DNA of 27,730 nucleotides. Origin: a virus (Duplodnaviria; Caudoviricetes). Location of the stretch: IMG/VR virus record IMGVR_UViG_3300027733_000173, positions 1 to 27,730 of that record; one strand, given 5' to 3'. The position numbers and the translations under genes were made by a program. Within the stretch, counting starts at the first letter, position 1. Each line of letters begins with the position of its first letter. The notes under the pieces are model-generated. The model saw only the letters and a program-made list of their open reading frames with translations, was not told where the DNA came from and ran no database searches. Below are positions 26,161-27,730 of this stretch, one piece after another.

Positions 26161-26879
26161 TGAATTACTATAGTTTAATAAGTTCAATGTTAAAAGCAAA
26201 GGCTAGTACGCTTTTAAATGGTTTGTATGCTGTATATAAAGCTGAATCAAACGCTAACGATTCGCTAGGTGTTTACAATGGAACTGCACAAGGTGGATTA
26301 ACTTATAGTGCTGGAAAGAGTGGAAATGCTTTTACTTTTAATGGCACAAATGCTTATGTTCAATTGCCTAATAACTCATTGAACTTTTTAAATAGCTTTA
26401 CGATTGGTTGGTGGATGTTTATTACGGGAAATTCGGGTGATGGTCAACAGCCAATATCAAATGCACAAAGAAATGCTGGCGGGAGCACAATATTTGGATA
26501 TGGTGTGTTTGTATACACCAATAATTTAACACTTCAGGTTATGGATGGTACTAATTACGTAGGTTTATCTTGTAATATGAGTGCATTATTTGGTACTTGG
26601 GCTTACGTTGAGATTGAAAGAGAATGGAATGTAGGCTCTAAAATAAGAATAAACGGGAGTGTTGTGGCTAGTAATAGTTCAACAATCAATCCAGCTTATA
26701 GGTCTGACGTAGCACATACACCATCTATTGGTGTATATAAACACACTCTTGGAGAGAGTTACTTCATGACTGGTTTAGGTAAAATTGACGAGGTAACTAT
26801 TCACAATAGGATATTGACACCTACAGAAATAACAACATTATATAACGCAGGAGCTGGAAAGTTCTATCCAACATTTTAA
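26160..26879 (+). CDS. LamG/concanavalin-A-like lectin domain protein (candidate receptor-binding protein)
   Basis: GNAFTFNGTNAYV, FTIGWW and GKIDEVTIHNRILTPTEITTLYN motifs; likely start 26160 (TAATG overlap). Confidence 0.85.
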   Translation: MNYYSLISSMLKAKASTLLNGLYAVYKAESNANDSLGVYNGTAQGGLTYSAGKSGNAFTFNGTNAYVQLPNNSLNFLNSFTIGWWMFITGNSGDGQQPISNAQRNAGGSTIFGYGVFVYTNNLTLQVMDGTNYVGLSCNMSALFGTWAYVEIEREWNVGSKIRINGSVVASNSSTINPAYRSDVAHTPSIGVYKHTLGESYFMTGLGKIDEVTIHNRILTPTEITTLYNAGAGKFYPTF

Positions 26880-26882
26880 ATT

Positions 26883-26966
26883 ATGAAAGTAAGACAATTA
26901 ACACTAGAACAAAAGAATATCCTTGTAGGCAAAGTATGGGGGTTCCAAGGTCAATTATTCAATTAA
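26883..26966 (+). pseudogene. Truncated 5' fragment of the gene interrupted by the HNH cassette
   Basis: MKVRQLTLEQKNILVGKVWGFQGQLFN*; 20 of 26 residues identical to the N-terminus of the ORF at 27592. Confidence 0.8.
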
Positions 26967-26994
26967 TAAATGTTACTATTCCATTTATTACTAG

Positions 26995-27002
26995 TATCTT
27001 TG
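26995..27002 (+). promoter_or_regulatory. -7 box for the HNH gene
   Basis: TATCTTTG, 3 nt before the ATG at 27006. Confidence 0.6.
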
Positions 27003-27005
27003 AGT

Positions 27006-27599
27006 ATGATTAAAATAACTCAAAAAGAAAATAGTAAGTACACTATATTAGGATATAGTCATACTGATAATAATTACGTAAAATATTTTGACGCTAAATG
27101 TATTTGCGGAAACAAAACAAAATTAAATCTTCAAAGTGTTAAAAAAAGTATTTCATGTGGTTGCTTATCAAAATACATGAAACATAAAACGCATGGAATG
27201 AGTAAAACAAGTGAGTATAAAACATGGCAAAGTCTTAAAGATAGATGTATTAACGTAAACAATCCTAACTTTAATAATTATGGAGGTAGAGGAATAAGTG
27301 TTTGTAAAGAATGGATTGATTCTTTTGATGTTTTTTTAATAGATATGGGATTAAAACCATCAGTAAAACATTCTATAGAAAGAATAGATGTAAATAAAGG
27401 GTATTATAAAGAAAATTGTATTTGGGCTACAAAAAAACAACAAGCTAATAATACACGTTCAAATTATTTTTTAACATATAAAGGAATAACAAAAACGAGG
27501 GCGGAATGGGCTGATTTTATAAATGTAAACGTAAGAACTTTAGCTAGTAGATGTAGAGCTAATAAACCAATAAATGAAATACTAAAAGAATATGAATAA
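27006..27599 (+). CDS. HNH-type putative homing endonuclease
   Basis: CICG, SCGC, THG, YGGRGISVCKEW, DMG and SIERIDVNKGYYKENCIWAT..QANN motifs, plus a C-terminal HTH-like region; likely start 27006. Confidence 0.88.
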   Translation: MIKITQKENSKYTILGYSHTDNNYVKYFDAKCICGNKTKLNLQSVKKSISCGCLSKYMKHKTHGMSKTSEYKTWQSLKDRCINVNNPNFNNYGGRGISVCKEWIDSFDVFLIDMGLKPSVKHSIERIDVNKGYYKENCIWATKKQQANNTRSNYFLTYKGITKTRAEWADFINVNVRTLASRCRANKPINEILKEYE

Positions 27600-27730
27600 T
27601 ATAAAAGTAAGAGAGCTTACAAACGAACAAGCTCAAATTTTGACAGGAAAGGTATGGGGTTACCAAGGTCAATTATTCAACCCTCAAACAGATGCAAATG
27701 GTAAAAAATTTATCTCAAATGAAGAGGTTA
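27592..27730 (+). CDS. Small tail-region protein, restored copy; runs off the window end
   Basis: MNNIKVRELTNEQAQILTGKVWGYQGQLFNPQTDANGKKFISNEEV...; start overlaps the HNH stop region. Confidence 0.75.
   Translation, partial: MNNIKVRELTNEQAQILTGKVWGYQGQLFNPQTDANGKKFISNEEV

Larger units (their letters stand above)
26945..27680 (+). mobile_element. HNH endonuclease cassette bounded by an 18-bp direct repeat
   Basis: CCAAGGTCAATTATTCAA at 26945-26962 and 27663-27680, a 718-bp offset. Confidence 0.7.

Noticed and set aside
26963-27599. Group I intron housing the HNH gene
   Set aside because: Only about 40 nt of non-coding sequence flank the ORF, too little for a ribozyme core; the downstream gene has its own start.
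25321-27730. Diversity-generating retroelement TR/VR pair
   Set aside because: No reverse transcriptase in the window; differences between the duplicated N-termini are not adenine-specific.
1-27730. Stop-codon reassignment (alternative genetic code)
   Set aside because: Large genes are intact under the standard bacterial code, and TAA, TAG and TGA all end genes at sensible positions.

Overview
AT-rich segment of a tailed dsDNA phage genome (siphovirus-like, HK97-type head). The host is inferred to be Bacteroidota (Flavobacterium-like) from TAnnTTTG promoter boxes, A-rich leaders without Shine-Dalgarno sites, a DUF3127-like SSB and an 'LVSC-KKE' lipoprotein. Layout: (1) 1-4589 recombination/small-gene module (GIY-YIG-like nuclease, ERF recombinase, YqaJ exonuclease, many tiny coupled ORFs); (2) 4590-7509 a self-contained small-gene island (lipoprotein, very acidic Ocr-like protein) between two long non-coding regions, one holding a 28-bp degenerate tandem array and the other a strand-skew switch and a hairpin-rich segment; (3) 7510-10693 SSB, small genes, terS and terL; (4) a portal gene on the minus strand, divergent from the prohead protease, with interlocked promoter boxes and its own terminator; (5) head-completion genes placed before the major capsid gene, then major tail, tape measure, tail tip and fibre/LamG genes; (6) an HNH-type endonuclease cassette that interrupts a small gene and carries a recoded copy of that gene's 5' end, bounded by an 18-bp direct repeat. 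No tRNA, rRNA, CRISPR array, integrase or reverse transcriptase was seen. All family calls come from motif recognition by eye; no searches were run.
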